Positions 56,536-64,000 of a stretch of 64,000 bases of DNA are shown here, piece by piece (positions within the stretch are counted from its first letter, which is position 1; each line of letters begins with the position of its first letter). The stretch is taken from the IMG/VR virus record IMGVR_UViG_3300022752_000016. One strand, written 5' to 3'. The stretch is from a virus (Duplodnaviria > Caudoviricetes). The notes under the pieces were generated by a model that ran no database searches, was not told where the DNA came from, and saw only the letters and a list, made by a program, of their open reading frames with translations. A program made the translations under genes and the position numbers.

Positions 56536-57306
56536 ATGGTTTATAATGCTATCTTTATATCAGATGTACACTTGGGCACAAAAGGATGTAAAGCCGAAGA
56601 ATTAATTAATTTTTTGAAAAACAACACCGCTTCAAAGTTATATCTTATAGGTGATATATTAGACGGCTGGAAAATACAACAAAATAAATGGGTCTGGAAA
56701 CAGACCCATTCCAATGTAATCCGTAGAATTTTAGGTCATGCTAAAAATGGTACAGAAGTTTTCTATGCTATAGGAAATCATGATGAATTTATACGTCCTT
56801 TACTTCCATATAAGATAAGTTTTGGCAAAATTAAACTTGCTAATCAGTTTACACATAATGGTATAGATGGGAAGAAATATTTAGTTGTTCACGGAGATTT
56901 ATTTGATGGAATAACAAGGCTCGCTCCTTGGATTAGTTTTTTGGGGGATAGAGCCTATGACATGCTTCTTTCACTTAATACCACATTTAATCGTATTCGC
57001 CATCGTTTTGGGTTCGGCTATTGGAGTCTTAGCAAATATCTTAAGCACAGAGTCAAACGGGCTATGGATTTTATGTTTAGATTTGAGAATAATATGGCTG
57101 ATTATTGTATTAAGCGTGGGTATGATGGAGTTATATGTGGTCATATACATTATGCCGAAATTAAAACAATAAAGGGTATAACATATATGAATGATGGTGA
57201 TTGGGTAGAAAGTTGTAGCGCACTAGTAGAAAATGTCAATGGAAGTTGGGAAATTATATATTGGACAAAAAAGCAAGATGTGGATATTGTTCCTAGTGGT
57301 AGTTAA
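56536..57306 (+). CDS. plcP: LpxH-like metallophosphoesterase, PlcP-type phospholipase C
   Basis: FISDVHLG, IGDILDGW, GNHDE, HGD, CGHIH, YMNDGDWVESCSAL; context with a GT4 gene after pstS; start moved to ATG 56536. Confidence 0.75.
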   Translation: MVYNAIFISDVHLGTKGCKAEELINFLKNNTASKLYLIGDILDGWKIQQNKWVWKQTHSNVIRRILGHAKNGTEVFYAIGNHDEFIRPLLPYKISFGKIKLANQFTHNGIDGKKYLVVHGDLFDGITRLAPWISFLGDRAYDMLLSLNTTFNRIRHRFGFGYWSLSKYLKHRVKRAMDFMFRFENNMADYCIKRGYDGVICGHIHYAEIKTIKGITYMNDGDWVESCSALVENVNGSWEIIYWTKKQDVDIVPSGS

Positions 57307-57463
57307 TACATTTGATACGAATGATGTACCTGGTAGAATCCAATTACAGTTTAAGGATCAACAAAGTTGTGAATTCGCACTGGCTAATATGACAAGTTAT
57401 GTTAAATTTCCTTGGTTTAAAGTAGAGGGTAAATGTGAAAAAAATATTAATAATAACAGATAA
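57278..57463 (+). CDS. Small exported/membrane hypothetical protein
   Basis: MWILFLVVV start, two Cys; between plcP and GT4. Confidence 0.55.
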   Translation: MWILFLVVVNTFDTNDVPGRIQLQFKDQQSCEFALANMTSYVKFPWFKVEGKCEKNINNNR

Positions 57464-58430
57464 TTTACAGGATCAAATAAATGGTGTGGTTACCACTTAC
57501 AAAAATCTTGAAGCGTGTGCGGTTCGTGACAACTATAACATTGTTTATATTACTCCCGATGAGTTCCGCCACTTTGATTGCCCTATCTATAACGAAGTCA
57601 AGATTGCCTTTCCGAGGAAAATGGGCGAGAAGATTGAGGAGATATCTCCACATCATATCCACATCGCCACAGAAGGTCCTGTGGGTCTGTGGGCTAGAGC
57701 ATATCTTACAAAACATAATTATAATTACAATACTGCTTATCATACTAAATTTCCTGAAGGATTACATACCTTGGTTGGACTTCCTGAGTCTATTACTTGG
57801 CGCTATATAAAATGGTTTCATAAACATACAGGAAAAGTTCTTACAACCACTAATTCTATGGTTGAACAATTACAACAAAAAGGATTAAAAAATCTTGTAC
57901 CATGGACTAGAGGTGTTGATAGAGAAATATTTTCTTCTAAATTACGAACAAAAACAGCGGAAAAACTTAATCTTGTCTGTGTAAGTCGAATTAGTAAAGA
58001 AAAAAACTTAGACGATTTTTGTAGTATCGATTATTTTCATGCACATAAAATAATGGTAGGTGATGGTCCTTATCGTAGGGAATTAGAAAAGAAATATCCT
58101 AACGTAGAATTTGTAGGATTTAAAACAGGAGTAGAATTGGCTACATATTTTGCAAACGCCGATGTATTTGTTTTTCCAAGTCGTTGGGAAACATTTGGTA
58201 TCGTTATGATTGAGGCTATGGCGTGTGGTACACCTGTTGCGGCATATCCCTGTCAAGGACCACTGGATGTTGTAGATCATGGGATAACAGGGTTCTTACG
58301 AGATAATCTTAAACAGGCTATTACAGAATGTTTAACATTAGATAGGTATACAGTTGAAAAGCATAGTTTAAAATACAGCTGGGATAAAGCTTGGGAAATT
58401 TTTAAAAATAATTTAATACCATTAAAGTAA
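57435..58430 (+). CDS. agt: GT4 glycosyltransferase, Agt-like diacylglycerol glycosyltransferase
   Basis: IITD...QINGVVTT, HIATEGPVG, TAYHTKFPE, VSRISKEKN, ETFGIVMIEAMACG. Confidence 0.75.
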   Translation: MKKILIITDNLQDQINGVVTTYKNLEACAVRDNYNIVYITPDEFRHFDCPIYNEVKIAFPRKMGEKIEEISPHHIHIATEGPVGLWARAYLTKHNYNYNTAYHTKFPEGLHTLVGLPESITWRYIKWFHKHTGKVLTTTNSMVEQLQQKGLKNLVPWTRGVDREIFSSKLRTKTAEKLNLVCVSRISKEKNLDDFCSIDYFHAHKIMVGDGPYRRELEKKYPNVEFVGFKTGVELATYFANADVFVFPSRWETFGIVMIEAMACGTPVAAYPCQGPLDVVDHGITGFLRDNLKQAITECLTLDRYTVEKHSLKYSWDKAWEIFKNNLIPLK

Positions 58431-58467
58431 TTAAAAATTAACAATAAAACAATAATTTTTAAATATA

Positions 58468-58496
58468 TTGACTTTCTAATATAAATATTGTACAAT
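58468..58496 (+). promoter_or_regulatory. Nested sigma70 (TTGACT-17-TACAAT) and late (TATAAATA, 58480) promoters for ahpC
   Basis: Direct motif match. Confidence 0.6.
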
Positions 58497-58517
58497 TACA
58501 CACACAAGGAGAAAACT

Positions 58518-59111
58518 ATGAAAACAGTTGGAGATGTACTTAAGCCTTTCGCAATGACAGGCGTAAAACCAGGAGCGTTAACCTTAGATAATGCTTTTGA
58601 AACAATCACAGAAAAATCTTTTGAAGGTAAGTGGAAAGTAATCGTTTACTATCCTAAAGATTTTACTTTTGTATGCCCCACAGAAATTGTAGCATATGAT
58701 AAACTTAACAGTGACTTTGCTGACCGTGATGCTGTATTATTAATTGGTAGCACAGATAATGAGTTTTGTAAATTAGCATGGCGTAATGCACATGAAGATT
58801 TGAAAAAAACTAATAGCTGGATGTTTGCTGATACAGCAAGAGAAGCAGATGAGAGTTATAACGTTGAAAGTGATAAATGGGAGCATAAGCTTCCAGAAGG
58901 TTTAGCTCAACAACTTGGTATTTTTTACAAACCTGCAGGAGCAGCATTAAGAGCTACATTTATTGTTGATCCTAATAATGTTATTCAACATGTTACTGTA
59001 AACAATTTAGATGTTGGTCGTAACCCAGATGAAACACTACGCATTTTAGATGCACTACAAACTGGTGAACTTTGCCCATGTAGTCGTCCAATAGGCGGTG
59101 AAACACTTTAA
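58518..59111 (+). CDS. ahpC: Peroxiredoxin AhpC
   Basis: YPKDFTFVCPTEI, GELCPC; SD AAGGAG before ATG 58518. Confidence 0.93.
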   Translation: MKTVGDVLKPFAMTGVKPGALTLDNAFETITEKSFEGKWKVIVYYPKDFTFVCPTEIVAYDKLNSDFADRDAVLLIGSTDNEFCKLAWRNAHEDLKKTNSWMFADTAREADESYNVESDKWEHKLPEGLAQQLGIFYKPAGAALRATFIVDPNNVIQHVTVNNLDVGRNPDETLRILDALQTGELCPCSRPIGGETL

Positions 59112-59278
59112 TGTTTAAGTATGAAACTCTTTGGGATTTTTACAAAGTAAAATTTTTATTTCTTTTAATTTCTTTTGTAGTAGCAATAATTTTATCAAAC
59201 TATTTGTATAACCATGATAAAGATAAAAAGATGATTGAGTTTCATAAAACATTTATTAAAAAATATTATGGAGAATGA
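59111..59278 (+). CDS. 55-aa single-TM protein between ahpC and ahpD, not in ORF track
   Basis: TAATG overlap with ahpC; KFLFLLISFVVAIILS helix; stop 1 nt before ahpD TTG. Confidence 0.55.
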   Translation: MFKYETLWDFYKVKFLFLLISFVVAIILSNYLYNHDKDKKMIEFHKTFIKKYYGE

Positions 59279-59279
59279 G

Positions 59280-59795
59280 TTGAACTGGATAGATCAAATT
59301 AAAGCAAGCATTCCTGAACATTGTAAGGATAATAAACTTAACCTTGATAGTGTAATGAACCGTAGTGGTTTGGATGAGATAGATGCTCATGGGTGTGCGT
59401 TAGCCGCAGCGATATCTGCAGGCAATGGAGAATTAGCTTATGACATTCAATTAAATGGTCCTTTAAAAGGCACTAAAGAATCTGAGGCAGCAAAAACGGC
59501 AGCAGCGTTAATGGGTATTAATAATGTATTTTATCCATTTATTGAAATGTGTAATGATCCTGATTTAAAAGGATTGCCACCTGGATTGCGTATGAATGCT
59601 TATGCTAACCATGGCGGAGTCAGTAAAAAGCAATTTGAAATGTATGCGTTAGCAGCAAGTATTGTTGGTAAATGTCATTTTTGTGTAAAAAATCATTATG
59701 ACACATTAAAGAAAGAAGGTCTTACCGTTCAGCAATTACAAGCAATCGGTAAGATTGCTAGTGTAATTGCTAGTATTAATAAGATAGCAGTATAA
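59280..59795 (+). CDS. ahpD: Alkyl hydroperoxidase AhpD
   Basis: DNKLNL, GLRMNAY, SIVGKCHFCVKNH (CxxC...H); probable TTG start after GGAG. Confidence 0.85.
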   Translation: MNWIDQIKASIPEHCKDNKLNLDSVMNRSGLDEIDAHGCALAAAISAGNGELAYDIQLNGPLKGTKESEAAKTAAALMGINNVFYPFIEMCNDPDLKGLPPGLRMNAYANHGGVSKKQFEMYALAASIVGKCHFCVKNHYDTLKKEGLTVQQLQAIGKIASVIASINKIAV

Positions 59796-59918
59796 TTAAA
59801 TTATCCACCACTTACTGGCACGATAAACACAGTTTACACCGTCTAATACATTTATAAAATCACCTACTTCAACAACACCATATTCGGTAGTTGATGCTGG
59901 TACTGATAAATAACTCAT
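59796..59918 (-). pseudogene. 40-aa minigene MSYLSVPASTTEYGVVEVGDFINVLDGVNCVYRASKWWII, probably internally deleted
   Basis: Strong SD AAGGAG; C-terminus mirrors the collagen gene end ([11 protein letters not shown]). Confidence 0.45.
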
Positions 59919-59933
59919 TTATTATTCTCCTTA

Positions 59934-60611
59934 TCAAATTATATACCAATTACTTGAACCGCTATAAATCAAATGAACTGCTTGCCATGGAACTTCTATA
60001 ATATATTGTGTTTCACCATCAATAAATGATCCATCACTAGTGGTTATTGTAATTTTTCGATTACCTAAAGGTGGACCCATTTCAGCTTTTATAATAATTT
60101 CATCACAACCTGAAGGATTTGGGGGAAGTGTAACAGTAACCGGTCCATCACTATTAACGCCAATATAATAATCATCCATCGTAGCAGTGTAGTCTTGGTA
60201 AACCAAAACAGCTTGGCATTTGCAATCACACTGCCCAGGCGGTCCAATAGGTCCTGGAGGCCCTTGTTCACCAGGAGGGCCTGGCTCTCCAGCAGGTCCA
60301 GTCGAGCCTTGTGGGCCCTCAGGTCCAGGTGGTCCTGGTGGACCTTGTTCTCCAATTGGTCCAGGCGGACCTTCAGGACCTTGGGGTCCTGCTGGGCCTG
60401 GTGGTCCAGGGGGGCATTCATCGCATGGATCTCCTTTATCATTATTATTAATTACAATAGTATCATTACCTGGGCCAGTATTAATTGGAATTCTTCCGCC
60501 TGCTAATTGTAATTGAGCATGTTGTAACAGTTTTGGGTCTACTGGTTTACCCATACTCATAGTTAATAATGCCTGTTGCAATTCTACTAATCTTCTATCA
60601 TGTCCGTCCAT
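59934..60611 (-). CDS. Collagen-like protein
   Basis: About 20 uninterrupted Gly-X-Y triplets flanked by CDEC and CDCKC; globular C-terminal domain. Confidence 0.88.
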   Translation of the reverse strand: MDGHDRRLVELQQALLTMSMGKPVDPKLLQHAQLQLAGGRIPINTGPGNDTIVINNNDKGDPCDECPPGPPGPAGPQGPEGPPGPIGEQGPPGPPGPEGPQGSTGPAGEPGPPGEQGPPGPIGPPGQCDCKCQAVLVYQDYTATMDDYYIGVNSDGPVTVTLPPNPSGCDEIIIKAEMGPPLGNRKITITTSDGSFIDGETQYIIEVPWQAVHLIYSGSSNWYII

Positions 60612-60630
60612 ATCATGATCCTCATTTGAA

Positions 60631-60663
60631 ATAAGGTAATTTCCTTGTGAGAAATTACCTTAT
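60631..60663. other. 13-bp perfect inverted repeat, 7-nt loop
   Basis: ATAAGGTAATTTC-CTTGTGA-GAAATTACCTTAT. Confidence 0.7.
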
Positions 60664-60696
60664 AGTTTATACAACTATTGTGAGTTTTATCTCACA

Positions 60697-61287
60697 TTAT
60701 TGTACATTATTGCTTGTTGCTCTTTGACCAACACCTAATTGTGTACCAAAATTGACCATGCTTGCTTGTGCTTGGCCTAATTGGCTACCAAATGCTTGGA
60801 TTTGTGACTGAAGTGATGCCCACTGAGCTTGGTCAGCGTGGTGTCTCCAGTGACGACCTTCTACAACTTCAGCATTACGCTCAATTAGCATACGATTTAA
60901 ATCTTGTGTTTTCAAATCGTTAATTAATGCACGAGTTTTTTCACCATCAGCATCAATCTTATCGCTAATATAAGTTGATTGTCTAGCAATTTCAGCTTGT
61001 GTTTTAAGAGCAGTAATTTCTGTATCTTTGCTCACACCTGAAAATCCTGCTGCCATTTGCTGCTGTTGTGCAACTACTTGAGCACGTAGGTCAGCGGAAT
61101 CACGACCCACTGTAAAAAAACGGTCGTCAACATTTACTTCAAATGCATTAATACGACTGTTAATATCAAAACGTGCGTCTTTAATTGCACCTAATGTAGC
61201 GTAGCTTTCTTTTAAACCTTCTTTAATTATTTCTGTGTGACCATTTTCTAACATCATTACATCATTTTTGTCTGCTGGATCAGCCAT
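60697..61287 (-). CDS. 196-aa Gln/Ala-rich helical protein (KIDADGEKTRALI motif)
   Basis: SD AGGAG before ATG 61287; the track start lies upstream in low-information sequence. Confidence 0.7.
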   Translation of the reverse strand: MADPADKNDVMMLENGHTEIIKEGLKESYATLGAIKDARFDINSRINAFEVNVDDRFFTVGRDSADLRAQVVAQQQQMAAGFSGVSKDTEITALKTQAEIARQSTYISDKIDADGEKTRALINDLKTQDLNRMLIERNAEVVEGRHWRHHADQAQWASLQSQIQAFGSQLGQAQASMVNFGTQLGVGQRATSNNVQ

Positions 61288-61399
61288 TGTTTTTTTCTCC
61301 TGAAAATTATAGAGGGGCAATTCATCATCACCCTTCATATAATACTTAAAAGAAAAACCTTTACTTTTACCTATGTTTTGGTATAGTATATACTTCAGC

Positions 61400-62110
61400 T
61401 TATGTTTCCAAAGAATTTGCAAACACTGCGAGTTGTGTTCTATTTCTTAACCCATATTTGCGTAATATTGCACCCATGTGTAGTTTTACAGTGCTTTCAG
61501 CAATTTTTAATGTCTTTGCTATAACTTTATTAGTAGCACCACGTTTTGCTACCATTGTAAACACTTGTTTTTGCCTTGGCGTTAACTCTACTTCTGTACT
61601 TTTTTCTTTTTTTGATTTGCGTTTTAACATGTTTTGTATTGGTTTAGGTGTGCTTAAATCACCCGAAACTAATTTTATTTGATCCTCTACTAACATATCC
61701 ATTGTAAACTTATCACACATACTCATTTGTAAACCATCAACTAATTTGCTAATTTCTTTAATATCACTTATTTTTGACTCACTATTGGCACAGGCTAAAA
61801 TCTTAGTAGTTCGCTTTTTGGTTTTATCTTCATCAATAAACAATGTAGATATTGCTAAAATTTTCAATGTATTAATTAAAGCAATTGGGTCCCCGTGTTC
61901 AAAATTACTCAATTCATCAACATCAATAAGAATATAATCAACATCAAATTTTGGATCACTTAATTTTGGAAAAAGTGACTCAATATTTGGATAACTGCAA
62001 TAAGACGCATTGGGAATTTTTTCCTTTGCTAAAGGTATCCAAACATCGTAAAACATTCTGTCAGGATATTTGCCATTATTTACATAAACAATTTTTGTAG
62101 TATGGGGCAT
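61400..62110 (-). CDS. LuxR/NarL-type HTH transcriptional regulator
   Basis: LTPRQKQVF...GATNKVIAKTLKIAESTVKLHMGAILRKYGLRNRTQL; N-terminal receiver-like YILIDVD. Confidence 0.88.
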   Translation of the reverse strand: MPHTTKIVYVNNGKYPDRMFYDVWIPLAKEKIPNASYCSYPNIESLFPKLSDPKFDVDYILIDVDELSNFEHGDPIALINTLKILAISTLFIDEDKTKKRTTKILACANSESKISDIKEISKLVDGLQMSMCDKFTMDMLVEDQIKLVSGDLSTPKPIQNMLKRKSKKEKSTEVELTPRQKQVFTMVAKRGATNKVIAKTLKIAESTVKLHMGAILRKYGLRNRTQLAVFANSLET

Positions 62111-62323
62111 AGAACTTCCTTTATTTGTAGTACTTAATTTTTTTAATACAAGGGGTTTAGATAGGTAAGTTGTGGGTGTACTAGGGTATATGTTTTGTCT
62201 ATTTTTAAATATAAGCTATTGTACAAATGATTTGAATTATTGTCTTGCGTATAGGACACAACATTCCATTTATTTTTTGCCCAATGAAGTTTACAATAAT
62301 TAAGAGTAAGCATAGATTATTTT

Positions 62324-62578
62324 ATGGAACCTTGTACAGCACTACAATATAGGCAAAAAGTTGAGACTATTAGAGCAAACCTTCGCACAATAAGGTTCAA
62401 CATGGACTTACATACTATGTTACGCAACATTGATAAAATGGTTACAGAATATGGTAAACTTGAAGTACAATGTAGACACCATACCAAACGTTATCAATTA
62501 GAAGAACCTAGCAAAAAGATAGCAAACAGCATAGACCACTTGGAAAAATTGATGCTCATGGCTAAATTGATGGATTGA
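62324..62578 (+). CDS. Hypothetical protein
   Basis: 84-aa helical ORF. Confidence 0.6.
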   Translation: MEPCTALQYRQKVETIRANLRTIRFNMDLHTMLRNIDKMVTEYGKLEVQCRHHTKRYQLEEPSKKIANSIDHLEKLMLMAKLMD

Positions 62579-62603
62579 CAATAATTAGAAAATCAACTAT
62601 ACT
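62575..62603 (+). promoter_or_regulatory. Sigma70-type early promoter
   Basis: TTGACA-17-TATACT; shares flanks with the 29690 promoter. Confidence 0.8.
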
Positions 62604-62632
62604 ATGGGTATTGTAAATAAAAGGAATGTGAA

Positions 62633-62779
62633 ATGTTCCAATTTGAGTTTAGATTTATTGATGGCGAGTCTTTACCCCATGCTATGACCGTGTTTAATGC
62701 TGATAGTTTGGAACAGGCTATTGCTAAATTCCGTCGTTTTTATACAACAAATCGAATTATTCAGGTGATTGCACACTAG
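62633..62779 (+). CDS. 48-aa early protein (MFQFEFRFIDGESLPH...), not in ORF track
   Basis: SD AAGGA; exactly fills the space between two promoters. Confidence 0.6.
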   Translation: MFQFEFRFIDGESLPHAMTVFNADSLEQAIAKFRRFYTTNRIIQVIAH

Positions 62780-62780
62780 G

Positions 62781-62809
62781 TTGACAATAAATCAGCTTGG
62801 GTGTATAAT
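62781..62809 (+). promoter_or_regulatory. Sigma70-type early promoter
   Basis: TTGACA-17-TATAAT. Confidence 0.85.
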
Positions 62810-62843
62810 ACGTAGTATTGAAACTGATTAACAGGGATAGCAA

Positions 62844-63875
62844 ATGAGCACTGTACGAGTGATTTCAGGAACTTATCGTAATCTTCCCGTCATAAATACA
62901 ACTTTCAAGTTAGTCAAGGGCTTTACAAAAGGCGCTAAAGGCAACTATATTACTGTTAAAAACGACGGACAGTTTGCCATTAACATTGACAGTGTTAAAG
63001 TAAAAGTAGATAATATTAGTGATTTTGAATTCGTAGATGGAGAACCAATGTTAGAAAATACTGTGAAATTTACTAAACCTGTTGTAACCGAATCCGATGA
63101 AGATGCAATGAATCGGATTGCAACTCGGTTCGCAATTTTGGACGAGATGAGCAAGGCATGTATTGCAGGCGATATCCGTGCTATGATCGTATCTGGTCCT
63201 CCAGGTGTCGGTAAATCGTTTGGCGTTGAAACGCAACTTGAAAAGGCAGCAATGTTTGACAAGATTGCAGGTAAACGTGTTCGCTTTGAAATTGTAAAAG
63301 GTGCAATGACCCCTATCGGGTTGTATTGTACGCTTTACAAATACAGCGACCCAAAAAATGTGTTGGTGTTTGATGATTGCGATTCAGTGTTTCAAGATGA
63401 CCTAGCACTTAACATCCTTAAGGCAGCACTTGACTCAGGCAAGCGTCGGCGTATCTGCTGGAACAGCGATAGTGCTATGTTACGCCGTGAAGGAGTTCCC
63501 GATACTTTTGAGTTTAAAGGTTCGGCAATCTTCATCACTAACTTGAAGTTTGAAAACCTCAAGTCTAAAAAGTTGCAGGATCACTTAGAAGCATTGCAAA
63601 GCCGTTGTCACTTTCTTGACCTTACTATTGATAGTGAGCGTGATAAGATTTTACGCATCAAACAAGTACACCGTGATACCGATGGTGGGTTGTTTAAAGA
63701 TTACACCTTTGACGATGCTAATACTGCCGAATATATTTTGGACTTCATGCAGACCAATAAAAACAAATTGCGTGAGTTGTCGCTACGTATGGCACTAAAA
63801 ATTGCCGACTTAGTAAAAGTGTCTCCCAGTAACTGGAGAATTCTTGCTGAGTCTACGGTAATGAAACGTAGCTAG
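62844..63875 (+). CDS. P-loop AAA-type ATPase
   Basis: GPPGVGKS Walker A, LVFDDCD Walker B, LQSR arginine finger. Confidence 0.8.
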   Translation: MSTVRVISGTYRNLPVINTTFKLVKGFTKGAKGNYITVKNDGQFAINIDSVKVKVDNISDFEFVDGEPMLENTVKFTKPVVTESDEDAMNRIATRFAILDEMSKACIAGDIRAMIVSGPPGVGKSFGVETQLEKAAMFDKIAGKRVRFEIVKGAMTPIGLYCTLYKYSDPKNVLVFDDCDSVFQDDLALNILKAALDSGKRRRICWNSDSAMLRREGVPDTFEFKGSAIFITNLKFENLKSKKLQDHLEALQSRCHFLDLTIDSERDKILRIKQVHRDTDGGLFKDYTFDDANTAEYILDFMQTNKNKLRELSLRMALKIADLVKVSPSNWRILAESTVMKRS

Positions 63876-63890
63876 GTTGTAGTACTTTTA

Positions 63891-63915
63891 AAGGGAGCAT
63901 ATGCTCCCTTTTTTT
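63891..63915 (+). terminator. Rho-independent terminator
   Basis: AAGGGAGC-ATAT-GCTCCCTT-TTTTT. Confidence 0.85.
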
Positions 63916-64000
63916 GCCTTATAACTTGCATAAGTAACTGTATATTATACAATACTACAATGAAATCCTACAAGAATAAAGAGGAAATACTTGTCCAATT

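Noticed and set aside
60089-60516. Overlapping alternative-frame ORFs in the collagen gene
   Set aside because: By-products of the GC-rich Gly-Pro repeat lacking stops; the many other antisense or nested track ORFs are likewise treated as shadows
1-64000. Stop-codon reassignment (alternative genetic code)
   Set aside because: Code-11 ORFs tile the window densely, and TAA, TAG and TGA all end full-length conserved genes

Overview
64-kb slice of an AT-rich, T4-superfamily-like large (probably jumbo) phage genome using the standard bacterial code. The host is Gram-negative (spanin pair, porin) and most likely a Betaproteobacterium, an inference from the porin, PstS and AhpC/AhpD sequences and the two-piece tmRNA. 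Gene order: baseplate/tail genes (1-3.3 kb); a ~22-kb glycosylation/tailoring island (glycosyltransferase-like proteins, two radical-SAM enzymes, 2OG oxygenase, epimerase, SGNH-like proteins, carbamoyltransferase, and a 1942-aa repeat protein); a circularly permuted tmRNA gene with a protein-coding ORF inside its intervening segment; a porin; a nucleotidyltransferase-kinase fusion; an early region of small genes each behind a sigma70-like promoter, with MoxR ATPase and VWA partner; DHFR, ThyA, spanins, internal-head-like proteins and large terminase; a 938-aa protein whose C-terminal half is a mosaic of peptide cassettes of different GC content joined at a conserved 15-bp motif encoding GVAE; gp32, UvsX, UvsY; a Pho-box-led phoX-pstS-plcP-agt module (phosphate scavenging plus phospholipid-to-glycolipid remodelling); ahpC/ahpD; and a minus-strand LuxR/collagen cassette. 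The strongest candidates for undescribed systems are the GVAE cassette polyprotein, the ORF-carrying permuted tmRNA and the phage-borne P-starvation lipid-remodelling regulon. All family calls are by motif recognition and no database searches were run.
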